Virus record (IMG/VR): IMGVR_UViG_3300020182_000024 | Length of the DNA stretch: 20,000 nt | Source of the DNA: an uncultured virus (IMG/VR IMGVR_UViG_3300020182_000024) | Taxonomy: Duplodnaviria; Heunggongvirae; Uroviricota; Caudoviricetes | Reading direction: 5' to 3' (one strand) | Part shown: positions 1 through 8,711 of the stretch, one piece after another | How the letters are laid out: every line of letters begins with the position of its first letter | How positions within the stretch are numbered: the stretch's first letter is position 1 | Translations under genes and position numbers: made by a program | The notes under the pieces: generated by a model | The model's database searches: none | What the model saw: the letters and a program-made list of their open reading frames with translations, nothing else | Told to the model about the DNA's origin: nothing

Positions 1-325
1 AACTGTTTATTACCCTTATAGGATTTCCTGCACCTTCTGTTAACCCTACACTGACAGAAACTATCTGTTTAGAGTTACGTATTTTTTCAATCTTAGATAT
101 AAACTCTACCGATGAGATATCCTCTCCTGTTGAAGAGTTTATATCTGTGATAACACCTGAGAAGGATATTTCATCCCCTGTGTTAACTATATTATCAGAA
201 GCAAAACCCCCATCCTCTACTGGAAATTCAGTTACCCTAGAGTTTAATACCCTTGATACTTGTAATGTAGCATCCATAGAAAATGCTTCTTCATTTGTAA
301 TTATAGAAAAATACCTTATAGCCAT
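1..325 (-). CDS. Dit-like / baseplate hub-initiation protein, 3'-truncated by the window edge (not in the ORF track)
   Basis: My translation from ATG at 325 reads MAIRYFSIITNEEAFSMDATLQVSRVLNSRVTEFPVEDGGFASDNIVNTGDEISFSGVITD... and stays open to position 1. An AGGAG RBS at 331-335 overlaps the tape measure stop. The 'VTEFPVEDG..SD' motif and the position right after the tape measure gene fit Dit-like proteins. Confidence 0.75.
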   Translation of the reverse strand, partial: MAIRYFSIITNEEAFSMDATLQVSRVLNSRVTEFPVEDGGFASDNIVNTGDEISFSGVITDINSSTGEDISSVEFISKIEKIRNSKQIVSVSVGLTEGAGNPIRVINS

Positions 326-334
326 ATTAACTCC

Positions 335-2365
335 TTAAAATAAAACAGCTTGACTACTAGAATATAAATCCATCTCTCCTACTAATCTCCTACCGAACTC
401 TTCTGGAGACTCCCCAGATGTTTGAGTTAATGTTATTTTATCTATATTAACTTGAGTATTAGATGTCTTGTTTGATGAACCATTACTTATTACATTTCTA
501 CCTAGTGAGTCTAATTTACTAGGTGTAGATAGTTTATCATATACCCAATTTAATCCCTCCATTAGCAAAAATAAAGGTAACGCTGTTCTTAGTAAGGATC
601 TTAAAGCAAACCTCATTGCTAATAATCCTTTAGTAGCCACAGAAGTCCCTGTGGACATTGCAAAGAAACCTTTAGTCATTGCCATGGCATTTATAGCACC
701 TGCTGCTAATTGTGCTGTCATACCACTAAGAGCTATTACTAGTTTAGGTATTAATAAAATACCTAGTATTCTAAAAGCCCATACTAAACCTTGACCTTCA
801 TCCATTCCTAATATTTGAGCTATGTTGTCTAACAACCTTAATGGAGCTGTAAGTACTTTTGCTAAAATAGAGAAACCAAATGTTAAACCTTTTAATGCAG
901 GCGTTATAGCTTCAATCAATATAGCTGCACCTGAGAATATACTTTTTAGTAAATCTCCTAATCCCGCATTAGCAATACCCTCAACAGCCTTATCCTTGGC
1001 ATTAATCATCCTAGTTTCTTCTGCGGATATAGAACCCATTGCAGCTAATAATGAACCAGATTGTTTACCCATATCACTAAGGTTTCTAGCTACTATCTCT
1101 GTGAATTTCTTAGCATCAACACCTGCTGTCTTAATAGTATCTTTAAAACTCTTACCATTCTCAGATAAGTGATCTTTAGCTGTAATACCCATCTCATTTA
1201 ATGCTGCTGTTGCTGCACCCATAAAGGCGGGTACTTGGTCAACCACTTGGTTGATCTCTTGTGCTTGAACTACAGAACCAGAGATCATCTGTCTAAAACC
1301 TAGTAAAGCTAGTTTAGCTGACTCTGCGCTTGTAGCTGATGATGCTAAACCTTCTGTGAGGTTGGTGAATACTTGTTTAGCCTTTTCAGGATCAACGCCA
1401 CCTGATATAGCAGCTACATTAAACGTAGCAAATGCCTTAGCTGTATCTTTATATCTAAGACCTAACCTCTCCGTTAATGCGTCAACATATTTTAAATCTT
1501 CTGCTGATTTAACTGCATTGCCAGATGCTAATAGAGATGCAACACCAATGTTCTCCATCTCTGCTGCTGTATTTTTAAGATGAGATACACCTGCCATAAT
1601 AGCAAATACAGATACCCAACTTCTGGCCATATTCTTCAACGAATCAGTCATACCATTAGCGGCAAACTTATTAGCATTAAATCGTTTAGTTAGCTGGGCT
1701 GACTCTCTACCAACCTTAGTTAACTGATCTTTACTTCCTTGCAATGTCTTATTATAATTTAAGAAGGTGGCATCTGTTTTCTTAGTGGATTTAGCTAAAT
1801 TATCTTGTGCATGTTTTAAACTTTTTAAGGTGTTCTCAACTCTAGCTATAGTGCCTTGAGTTTCTTTTCCACCTATTTTACGAAGTGTTTGTAACTTCTC
1901 TTCTGCTCTTACTTGAAGGCGTTGTAACTCAATGTTTCTATTCTGTCTTTCATTAACATTGATATTACCTGCACCAGCTTTTCTCCCATCTCTTTTTCTA
2001 TTCTCTATAAGAGCTAGAGAGTGTGTCTTTTCTAAGGCTATCTCTCTTTTTTTCATAGCAGCCATCTCTGCTGCTAAATTATACTCTTTCTTCTTACTAC
2101 TTAAACTATCCCTATTTATTCTTTTCTGATTTTCTTCTATTGCCTGCTGATGAGTCTTCTCTGCCTTCCTTTGTCTTTTTCTTTCATTATTCATCTCATT
2201 GGCTAAGGCAAGCTCATCTTTGTTAATACCTTGAGATTTCATCTTAGGTTTAACTTTCATATCCTTGTCGAAAGATGCAAACCTCTTTTCTAAATCTTTA
2301 AAACTCTTATTAAAATCCCTAAGGTCGAGTCCTAGCTTTACAGCATAATCATTATCACCTACCAT
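335..2365 (-). CDS. Tail tape measure protein (676 aa)
   Basis: Long helical protein with a charged coiled-coil N-terminus and a central tape-measure-type segment (AEDLKYVDALTERLGL...GFRQMISGSVVQAQEINQV). The C-terminal part has hydrophobic Ala/Gly/Leu stretches. It follows the tail chaperones. Confidence 0.92.
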   Translation of the reverse strand: MVGDNDYAVKLGLDLRDFNKSFKDLEKRFASFDKDMKVKPKMKSQGINKDELALANEMNNERKRQRKAEKTHQQAIEENQKRINRDSLSSKKKEYNLAAEMAAMKKREIALEKTHSLALIENRKRDGRKAGAGNINVNERQNRNIELQRLQVRAEEKLQTLRKIGGKETQGTIARVENTLKSLKHAQDNLAKSTKKTDATFLNYNKTLQGSKDQLTKVGRESAQLTKRFNANKFAANGMTDSLKNMARSWVSVFAIMAGVSHLKNTAAEMENIGVASLLASGNAVKSAEDLKYVDALTERLGLRYKDTAKAFATFNVAAISGGVDPEKAKQVFTNLTEGLASSATSAESAKLALLGFRQMISGSVVQAQEINQVVDQVPAFMGAATAALNEMGITAKDHLSENGKSFKDTIKTAGVDAKKFTEIVARNLSDMGKQSGSLLAAMGSISAEETRMINAKDKAVEGIANAGLGDLLKSIFSGAAILIEAITPALKGLTFGFSILAKVLTAPLRLLDNIAQILGMDEGQGLVWAFRILGILLIPKLVIALSGMTAQLAAGAINAMAMTKGFFAMSTGTSVATKGLLAMRFALRSLLRTALPLFLLMEGLNWVYDKLSTPSKLDSLGRNVISNGSSNKTSNTQVNIDKITLTQTSGESPEEFGRRLVGEMDLYSSSQAVLF

Positions 2366-2383
2366 ATTAATCGCTAGCCTCTA

Positions 2384-2650
2384 TCATTTATTAGGATTCT
2401 TTTCTTCTTGATCTTTTTCATGTGCTTGTACATAAGCACTTCTAGTTTCAATATATTCCATTAGGTCATATATCTCTGGGAGTGTTCTATCATATAGTAA
2501 TGTTCTAACACACCTATCACCCTCTGGAGTGTGTTCACTAGATGCTAACCCATAAGCAATTCTTTTTGTAAGAGAGAGGGAAGACTTCTCTTCCACTAAC
2601 TTCTCTATTCTTTTGACGTGTCTTCCGTAGTTGTCATTTTGTTCTTTAAA
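2384..2650 (-). CDS. Tail assembly chaperone, -1 frame extension (gpT-like part of a G-T fusion)
   Basis: The ORF-track entry 2384..2746 is in the -1 frame relative to 2605..3090 and lies between the chaperone and tape measure genes. The slippery heptamer T-TTA-AAG at 2650-2644 is in the correct phase. Confidence 0.72.
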   Translation of the reverse strand, partial: FKEQNDNYGRHVKRIEKLVEEKSSLSLTKRIAYGLASSEHTPEGDRCVRTLLYDRTLPEIYDLMEYIETRSAYVQAHEKDQEEKNPNK

Positions 2651-3090
2651 AGGATTTCTGAAAAAATGTCTGTTGTCCCCATCTCCAGAAATCCTTGTGT
2701 AAAAGTCTCTGGGGTTAAGCCATTCTCCTGTACACTCCAAATACATAAAGGGATAATCTTTCCTTTCTCTTTACCTTTGAAATCTTCTTCTAGGTTAACT
2801 GGTGCGCCATCTACATATAAACCAGTTAGTAACTTCTTAACTAAGTCTAATACATTTGCTTTACCCATAGACATATTTAATGCCTGTGCTAAATGTTTAC
2901 CTATATCTAAATCTTTGAAATCTTCTCCTGTGAAAAGACCTCCATCATAAGCTGCACCTATAGGCAGAGCTAATAATTCCATTAGTTGTTGACCAACAGT
3001 AATGGAATCTGTTAAATTCATTAATTTGAGGGCATATTCTTTACCATCAAACTCTTTCTGTACTACACCTGCTTTACTTAAAGCATTCAT
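2605..3090 (-). CDS. Tail assembly chaperone (gpG-like, 161 aa)
   Basis: Lies between tail tube and tape measure, has a strong AGGAGGAG RBS and an N-terminal 'EFDGKEYALKLM' typical of these chaperones, and overlaps a -1 frame ORF. Confidence 0.82.
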   Translation of the reverse strand: MNALSKAGVVQKEFDGKEYALKLMNLTDSITVGQQLMELLALPIGAAYDGGLFTGEDFKDLDIGKHLAQALNMSMGKANVLDLVKKLLTGLYVDGAPVNLEEDFKGKEKGKIIPLCIWSVQENGLTPETFTQGFLEMGTTDIFSEILLKNKMTTTEDTSKE

Positions 3091-3112
3091 TATAATCTCC
3101 TCCTACATACTA

Positions 3113-3128
3113 AGGGGCAAAAGCCCCT
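3113..3128 (-). terminator. GC-rich hairpin after the tail tube gene (partial terminator or stabilising stem)
   Basis: AGGGGC-TTTT-GCCCCT on the minus strand directly after the tube stop codon. The following T tract is poor (TAGTAT), so read-through is likely. Confidence 0.5.
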
Positions 3129-3133
3129 CCTAT

Positions 3134-3634
3134 TTACCCAACAAATGAGCCTAAGTTATCAATACCTGCCTTAATCTCAGCAAGGATACCTACTTCATCT
3201 ACGATACCTTCTGGTGTAACTAAGAACTGCATACCCTCTGCAAATATCTTCCAAGTTCTTTCACCATACTCTGCACTATAATCTAATGTAGGTGTAGCTT
3301 GGATATGACAATCAGATAAAAGAGCAATAGCACCACCTGATGAATCTTTAAATGTAAAAGACCCTCTAGTTTTAGTATTGTTAAGTTCTTCATAGTTAAC
3401 CACACTTGATAATGCGATATCTGCTGGAGAACCAGCAAACACTGTTAACTCAAACATGCCTGTTCTATTAGGATTAACTGCAATAGCAGATTCCCCAAAA
3501 GCACCCACTGCTACGGTTGTTAGATCTTCATTACGAGAGATACTTGCAAAGTTACTTGCGACACCTGTAATATTAAATCCAAGGAAAGCAATCTCTACTT
3601 TCCTACTTGAATAAATTGGTAATGCACCTGCCAT
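3134..3634 (-). CDS. Tail tube protein (DUF3277-like, 166 aa)
   Basis: Immediately follows the sheath. Motifs YSSRKV, 'VGAFGE...NPNRTGMFELTVFAGSP' and 'RTWKI' match this tube class. Confidence 0.85.
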   Translation of the reverse strand: MAGALPIYSSRKVEIAFLGFNITGVASNFASISRNEDLTTVAVGAFGESAIAVNPNRTGMFELTVFAGSPADIALSSVVNYEELNNTKTRGSFTFKDSSGGAIALLSDCHIQATPTLDYSAEYGERTWKIFAEGMQFLVTPEGIVDEVGILAEIKAGIDNLGSFVG

Positions 3635-3649
3635 TATATCTATCTCCTA

Positions 3650-5005
3650 TTAAGATTGGGCTTCATAAGTTAAGCTACCATTAATGTTTGCTATAATTTG
3701 AATAGCCCCTGCTAGATACATAGTTACCGAACCATTAAATGTACGTGCTGCCACTTCACCAAATGCAATGCTTGCACGTTTAGGGAAGTCAATAATATAA
3801 GCATTATCTTCTTGTAAGATATGTGGAATAACACCTCTAGATTTATATCTATCGAGTGTAGAAGTAATAACATTCTCAATAAGAGAAATACCTGCATCTG
3901 TGTAGATAATCTTCTTCTTATTAATAATAAGATTCTGTAGATTTTCAGTTAATCTGGCATCCAAGAAGTCTCTATCCCTAATAATATCTACGAAGAATGT
4001 AGCACCACCTGATACTGTACCTCTACGTGTAATACCTAATCCACCTACATTCTCAGTGAAAGAAGCATTCTTATTAGTTAGATTGGTTTTATCTGTAACA
4101 GATAAGTAGTTACCTGTTAGTGGATTTTTAGCTGCACCTAAGCTTTTAGATAAGTTACCTGCAATTACATACTTACCTGCATCTTGCGGAGCAAACATAG
4201 CTAGGTAAACCATCTCTGGGAACGTAGTATCTGCTGTGTGATGAAACCAATATGATGTACGGAATCTTGCATTCTGTTTTAACACAGAAGGAATATCTGT
4301 AGCACTCTCTGAATATACACCTAGATCAGCTTGATTCTGAGTAGACACCCAGTATTGCTTTTCAGTTGATTCAATGTATAGTGATAATGCTTCTACGAAA
4401 GCTACTGAGTGGTCACTAGAGGCTACAAAGTAGAAGTCATCATCTTCATCTCTAATAGCATCCATCATATCTGCTGCATCTTCTGTAGTAACAACAGTAT
4501 ATGTAAGACGACCTACGTCTGTGACTGCATAAGCTGCTGTACCAGTTTTAGACAATGTAATACTACCTGTGTCATCTACAACCGTAACACCTGTTGGTGA
4601 ACCTAATGCTGTAACCAATGCTGTAGCAATAGTTGTAGCTGTTTCAGAACCAGTGGTAGTTGTAAACGTTGCTGTAGTAGTTACGTCTGCTGTATCAAAT
4701 ACTTCTAGTGTATAAGTTTGACCTGCTGATGTAGCTGCCTCTGGTGTGAATGTAATACTATCTACTTCCCTACGACCTACTTTAACTGTACTGGGGTTAA
4801 TATCCTGTGAGAATGCTGCTGTCATTGCTGCATAAACATTAGAATCAGATGGGAAGTCATCTGTAGTAGGTTTAATTACATAAGAACGTGAACGCTCTTT
4901 AAACCATACGTGTGCATCTGTAAACATTGGTGTACCAAAGGATGCCCTTGATACTGCTGCAACATCGAGACTGATATTGACTGTTACTATCTGTTGATAA
5001 GACAA
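3650..5005 (-). CDS. Contractile tail sheath protein (DUF3383-like, 451 aa)
   Basis: N-terminal 'IVTVNISL...FGTPM' and C-terminal 'FVDIIRDRDFL...IIYTDAGISLIE...LAGAIQ...INGSL' are characteristic. It precedes the tube gene. Confidence 0.9.
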   Translation of the reverse strand: MSYQQIVTVNISLDVAAVSRASFGTPMFTDAHVWFKERSRSYVIKPTTDDFPSDSNVYAAMTAAFSQDINPSTVKVGRREVDSITFTPEAATSAGQTYTLEVFDTADVTTTATFTTTTGSETATTIATALVTALGSPTGVTVVDDTGSITLSKTGTAAYAVTDVGRLTYTVVTTEDAADMMDAIRDEDDDFYFVASSDHSVAFVEALSLYIESTEKQYWVSTQNQADLGVYSESATDIPSVLKQNARFRTSYWFHHTADTTFPEMVYLAMFAPQDAGKYVIAGNLSKSLGAAKNPLTGNYLSVTDKTNLTNKNASFTENVGGLGITRRGTVSGGATFFVDIIRDRDFLDARLTENLQNLIINKKKIIYTDAGISLIENVITSTLDRYKSRGVIPHILQEDNAYIIDFPKRASIAFGEVAARTFNGSVTMYLAGAIQIIANINGSLTYEAQS

Positions 5006-5034
5006 GTTGTTTCTCCTGTTCGAGATTTATTTAA

Positions 5035-5625
5035 TTATGGGGTGGGGCATGTAACACTAATATCTATCTGTAAAGCGTTATCCTCTTCATCTGGATCTTC
5101 ATCAACTTCACCAGTTAAAACTATTGTTTCTATAATTCCTGTTTCTATATCTGTCACTACATCTGCAATACCTACAGATAGATTAAAAGATGCCACTTCT
5201 AGGTAATCTGTTGCTAACTTCTGAGGGAGCGAATTAACATTGAATACATCTTTTAATCCTGCACCTGTATTAGTAGTTATAGCATCTAGTACACGACCTA
5301 TTCTGAATCTACCTTTAAGATCTTGAGCTATAGATAATGAGTTATCTCCATATACTGTATATTGCAAAAGTAAGTTAAAATAGGATGCAAAGAATGGATT
5401 ATCATTCTCATCTACACCTGTATTATTTAACCAACTGCCTGAGTCATCTATAGTAAGAATATCTACAGTGATGTAAGGTGTCTCAGGGATTAAATCTTTA
5501 GGTCTTTCTGTGATAACTGTGGGAACATTTTGACCTGATTTTCTATATGTACTTAAATGTTCTCCAACTTCCTCGCTTGCTATTCTTTTAAATTCTGTTA
5601 GAATAGCTTTAGTATTTATTGCCAT
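5035..5625 (-). CDS. Tail terminator / neck-tail completion protein (196 aa)
   Basis: Last neck gene before the sheath, with a 'PETPYITVDIL' motif. Mainly a synteny call. Confidence 0.65.
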   Translation of the reverse strand: MAINTKAILTEFKRIASEEVGEHLSTYRKSGQNVPTVITERPKDLIPETPYITVDILTIDDSGSWLNNTGVDENDNPFFASYFNLLLQYTVYGDNSLSIAQDLKGRFRIGRVLDAITTNTGAGLKDVFNVNSLPQKLATDYLEVASFNLSVGIADVVTDIETGIIETIVLTGEVDEDPDEEDNALQIDISVTCPTP

Positions 5626-6005
5626 TAGTTAGACCTCTGAGATGATCGTTTATCCTCTCTCACAAATAATGTTTTATAGTGATCAGCTCTAGACCCATGT
5701 CTTGCCCAATTAGCTACTTTAAATGCAATATAACTATTACCATCTATGGTTGTTTTATCTGCCTTGAGATTATTAAAAGGATCAGCTTCTTTAATAGGTG
5801 TCTTACCCAGCACGACTTGTACATCATTAGATGTAATACCATCTGGGAAGATAATCTGTTCAGATCCTTGTCTATAAGGTTGAATACTATATAATCCATC
5901 ACCTATAATTTCAGGAGGGAAATCTTCAAACTCATCATTATCATTAAACTCCCCTCCTGTATGACGTTCAATGGTTAAAGGTGTTACAAATATTCTTGAA
6001 CGCAT
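5625..6005 (-). CDS. Head closure / stopper protein (126 aa)
   Basis: Size, position and the motifs 'SIQP' and 'ADKTTIDGNSYIAFKVANW...HYK'. Confidence 0.62.
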   Translation of the reverse strand: MRSRIFVTPLTIERHTGGEFNDNDEFEDFPPEIIGDGLYSIQPYRQGSEQIIFPDGITSNDVQVVLGKTPIKEADPFNNLKADKTTIDGNSYIAFKVANWARHGSRADHYKTLFVREDKRSSQRSN

Positions 6006-6500
6006 CTATCCACCTACCTCGTTTACTTTATTATTATAAGAAGTCTTGTAAGCTGATTTAGATTTAAGTTCACCAGTATCTAATAGTGGAGTTGTGTTAT
6101 CTCCAACGATAGGCATAAACAATCCAGCTTTACCAAATAGTTCAGAATACTCTTCCCTGAGAACAAGCCCTATCTCCATTAGGAAGGTTTCACTTGCTGA
6201 ACCCTGTAGTAAATTCTTAGAGAACTTCTTAAACACTTTCTGAATCTTAGGGTTCTTTAAAAACTTCTTATTTTGTAATTGAGTGAAAGCGAATGCAGCT
6301 AGTGGGTTTTTGATGACACCACTATTTGTTAATCCTACAGACCACAACTTTAACAACTCTGTATGTGTTAAGTCTGAGCCTGTGTGAATACCGCTATCTT
6401 CAAAATGACCCACTTGTACATTATTCTTAGAAAGACTATTAAGATTTTTTAGTATTTTTTCTAAGTTTCCCTTTTTCTTTACTATCTTCGCTGTTATCAC
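6006..6500 (-). CDS. Neck / tail-completion protein (HK97 gp10-like class, 164 aa)
   Basis: GTG start with an AGGAG RBS, 'VQVG' near the N-terminus and C-terminal 'TPLLDTGELKSK' resembling the PLIDTG.L motif. Confidence 0.65.
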   Translation of the reverse strand: MITAKIVKKKGNLEKILKNLNSLSKNNVQVGHFEDSGIHTGSDLTHTELLKLWSVGLTNSGVIKNPLAAFAFTQLQNKKFLKNPKIQKVFKKFSKNLLQGSASETFLMEIGLVLREEYSELFGKAGLFMPIVGDNTTPLLDTGELKSKSAYKTSYNNKVNEVGG

Positions 6501-6579
6501 TTACATCTCCTTTTTCAACAAAGACTTCCTTATCTTCTAAGATGTTTCCATCCTTATCCTTAACTGTTCTTTTTATCAT
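6439..6579 (-). CDS. Small highly charged hypothetical protein (46 aa, below the ORF-track cutoff)
   Basis: MIKRTVKDKDGNILEDKEVFVEKGDVSDNSEDSKEKGKLRKNTKKS*. Its ATG overlaps the upstream TGA (ATGA), and it fills the otherwise empty 6501-6575 gap. Confidence 0.55.
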   Translation of the reverse strand: MIKRTVKDKDGNILEDKEVFVEKGDVSDNSEDSKEKGKLRKNTKKS

Positions 6580-7019
6580 AAAATTAACCTATCTGAGTTA
6601 GAAGTGATTGTGGATTTATAACAGGATATTGTATCTTCCTGATTATGGAAATATATTCTAGTGTTACTCTTCATCTTGTAACCACCTTTAGGAAGGTAGG
6701 GGCAAAGATTAGGTAAATCATCTATAAACTCTCTCCATATATTCTTATTATCTGTAGAGAAATAATATTCAACACCATCAACCCTCTCTCTTGTGATGTT
6801 ATCCCCATCTACAATATATAAAGAGTTATTCCTTATAGCTGCAACCTTTAATGACTTACATAATGCTTCAGAGTAATACTGCTCATCATCTTCTAGAATG
6901 TTATTACTAATAACATTCTCTGCTAGTGTTTTTAATTGACTCTCTTTTAATACATTAACATCTGGAGGTAGATATTCCACCAAGTCAGAAACTAACTCAT
7001 CTATATTTATAATGGGCAT
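6576..7019 (-). CDS. Head-tail connector/adaptor protein (147 aa)
   Basis: First gene after the major capsid, with an AGGAGG RBS. It has a helical N-terminus plus the 'RERVDGVEYYF' beta-hairpin motif seen in adaptors. Confidence 0.6.
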   Translation of the reverse strand: MPIINIDELVSDLVEYLPPDVNVLKESQLKTLAENVISNNILEDDEQYYSEALCKSLKVAAIRNNSLYIVDGDNITRERVDGVEYYFSTDNKNIWREFIDDLPNLCPYLPKGGYKMKSNTRIYFHNQEDTISCYKSTITSNSDRLIL

Positions 7020-7039
7020 TTACCCCTCCTTGCAAATAA

Positions 7040-7080
7040 TATATTATTAATAACTCTACATAAGAACTATTAATAATATA
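7040..7080 (-). repeat. AT-rich inverted repeat (13 bp perfect, up to 18 bp with G-U on the minus-strand RNA)
   Basis: TATATTATTAATA (7040-7052) and TATTAATAATATA (7068-7080). Confidence 0.8.
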
Positions 7081-7099
7081 GCCTCCAAAAAGGAGGCTA
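7072..7099 (-). terminator. Intrinsic terminator after the major capsid gene
   Basis: TAGCCTCC-TTTTT-GGAGGCTA stem-loop at 7079-7099 followed by TATTATT, 15 nt downstream of the capsid stop. Confidence 0.65.
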
Positions 7100-7114
7100 A
7101 GGCTTCTCTAACTA

Positions 7115-8209
7115 TTAATCAGAAGAAGTGAAGTGCTGGATAAGCTCTGGGTACTTATTCATGTAAAGAACGTTTTGCTCTTCATACAAAGTAACACCTT
7201 CGCGGTCATGCTCTTTCATAAAGCCATACTTAGGCATTGCTACCATATCGTAGTAATCTTTATGTAAAATGGTAGAGTAGATACGTGCAAACATGTTAGT
7301 TGCGCCTACAGGAATCATAATACCATTATCTGTTGGAAGGAAAGGAGTTCCAGTTACACTATCTGGGACACGTACATAAGTAACACCAGTTAATGCAGAT
7401 GTGAAGTGTCTACGCATAAATGATAAACTTTGCCCTTCGAAGTTAGAACGTGATACACCATAAGCTGTTAGATCTAATGGAGTTGCAGGGTTAAGTGCAA
7501 ATACACCAGCAGCTACAGTTTGTTCTAAATCAAATAATTTATCGAACAATGTACCACCACATACCATGAAGACTGCTTGATATGAAATACCAGCTTTAGA
7601 AGCATTCTCTTGTAGTGCGTCTACTTTAGCATTAATCTTGTTAACAACATCGTCTGCTGCACTTCCTAGTAAGAGATCAGTAGCAACCGCTCGTGAACTG
7701 CCTACGATATCAGTGTGGAAGTTGTAAGATTTGGCTGCGCCACCTGCTGTATAGTTTGTATCTGCTGTAAGAAGTTGTGCATAAGACATTTCTTCAAACA
7801 GATTCCAACCGCGTTGCATTTTAACGGTTAATTCAGCTACACGATCTTCAATAGAGTATGCACCTTCCTCACCAAACTTACGTTTACCATAAACATCTGC
7901 AACAGAAACTTTACCACTAATTCCGAAAGAACCTGTACGGAACATTTTCTCTTTACCAGAATCTAGTGTAACCTTACCGCCGCCAACTTCATCAAAACGC
8001 TTACCAGATACTAACTGTTGGTTTTCGATGATTTCGTCATAGACTACTTTATCACTAATTTGGAAATGGTTCTCAGTCATGCCACTTAAAAGGGCTGTCA
8101 TGAAGGCAGGTTGTACACCTGCTTTACGAGATACTGCTGATGTAACATCAACTAACTCAAAAGAATTACTCTCTGAGCGTACTGATTTATCAATAGATTG
8201 AACTTGCAT
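7115..8209 (-). CDS. Major capsid protein (HK97 fold, lambda gpE-like class, 364 aa)
   Basis: Size, position after scaffold and decoration genes and before a terminator, and C-terminal 'EEQNVLYMNKYPELI'. Codon usage is biased as in highly expressed genes. Confidence 0.9.
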   Translation of the reverse strand: MQVQSIDKSVRSESNSFELVDVTSAVSRKAGVQPAFMTALLSGMTENHFQISDKVVYDEIIENQQLVSGKRFDEVGGGKVTLDSGKEKMFRTGSFGISGKVSVADVYGKRKFGEEGAYSIEDRVAELTVKMQRGWNLFEEMSYAQLLTADTNYTAGGAAKSYNFHTDIVGSSRAVATDLLLGSAADDVVNKINAKVDALQENASKAGISYQAVFMVCGGTLFDKLFDLEQTVAAGVFALNPATPLDLTAYGVSRSNFEGQSLSFMRRHFTSALTGVTYVRVPDSVTGTPFLPTDNGIMIPVGATNMFARIYSTILHKDYYDMVAMPKYGFMKEHDREGVTLYEEQNVLYMNKYPELIQHFTSSD

Positions 8210-8223
8210 ATTTTAGTTATTCC

Positions 8224-8706
8224 TTATAAGTAAGTTGGAGTTACTACAGTAGCCTTAGCAGAAGTAGTAATACGTTGTTTTTCTAGCTGAGCTAAGAATA
8301 AGCCTTGAGCTGTTGCATCTGCACCATTCCAGATAATACCATCTGTTAGGATGTTAGCATCTCCACGATAGAGAACAGTCATTTTAGCGTCTGCGTCTGC
8401 TAGGTTTGTGTCTTCATAATTCAAACCTTTGCCTTGATACTCACCTACAGATAATGCAATAACACTACCATCTTTAAGAGGTGAATTACCTGTAGTAATA
8501 GCTGCTGCAATATCTTGTGCTACATACTTCTCGAATCGAGAGTTTGCATTAACCCAGATCAATGCCACACCGATATTATCTACTGTGCCTGTACCACCAA
8601 CATCAACTGTTGCAAAGCTATTATCAACAGCATTTTCATTTGAATAACTATCTTCTGCTACTAGCAAAGAAGATAAAAGTTTACGACTTACTGAAATATC
8701 CGGCAT
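8224..8706 (-). CDS. Head decoration / stabilisation protein (160 aa)
   Basis: Ala/Gly/Val-rich beta-type sequence between scaffold and capsid, with 'VLYRGDA' and 'LEKQRI' near the C-terminus. Confidence 0.7.
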   Translation of the reverse strand: MPDISVSRKLLSSLLVAEDSYSNENAVDNSFATVDVGGTGTVDNIGVALIWVNANSRFEKYVAQDIAAAITTGNSPLKDGSVIALSVGEYQGKGLNYEDTNLADADAKMTVLYRGDANILTDGIIWNGADATAQGLFLAQLEKQRITTSAKATVVTPTYL

Positions 8707-8711
8707 TATTA

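Noticed and set aside
2651..2746. Independent start for the 120-aa ORF at 2746
   Set aside because: It lies deep inside the chaperone gene and is better explained as the -1 frameshift frame.
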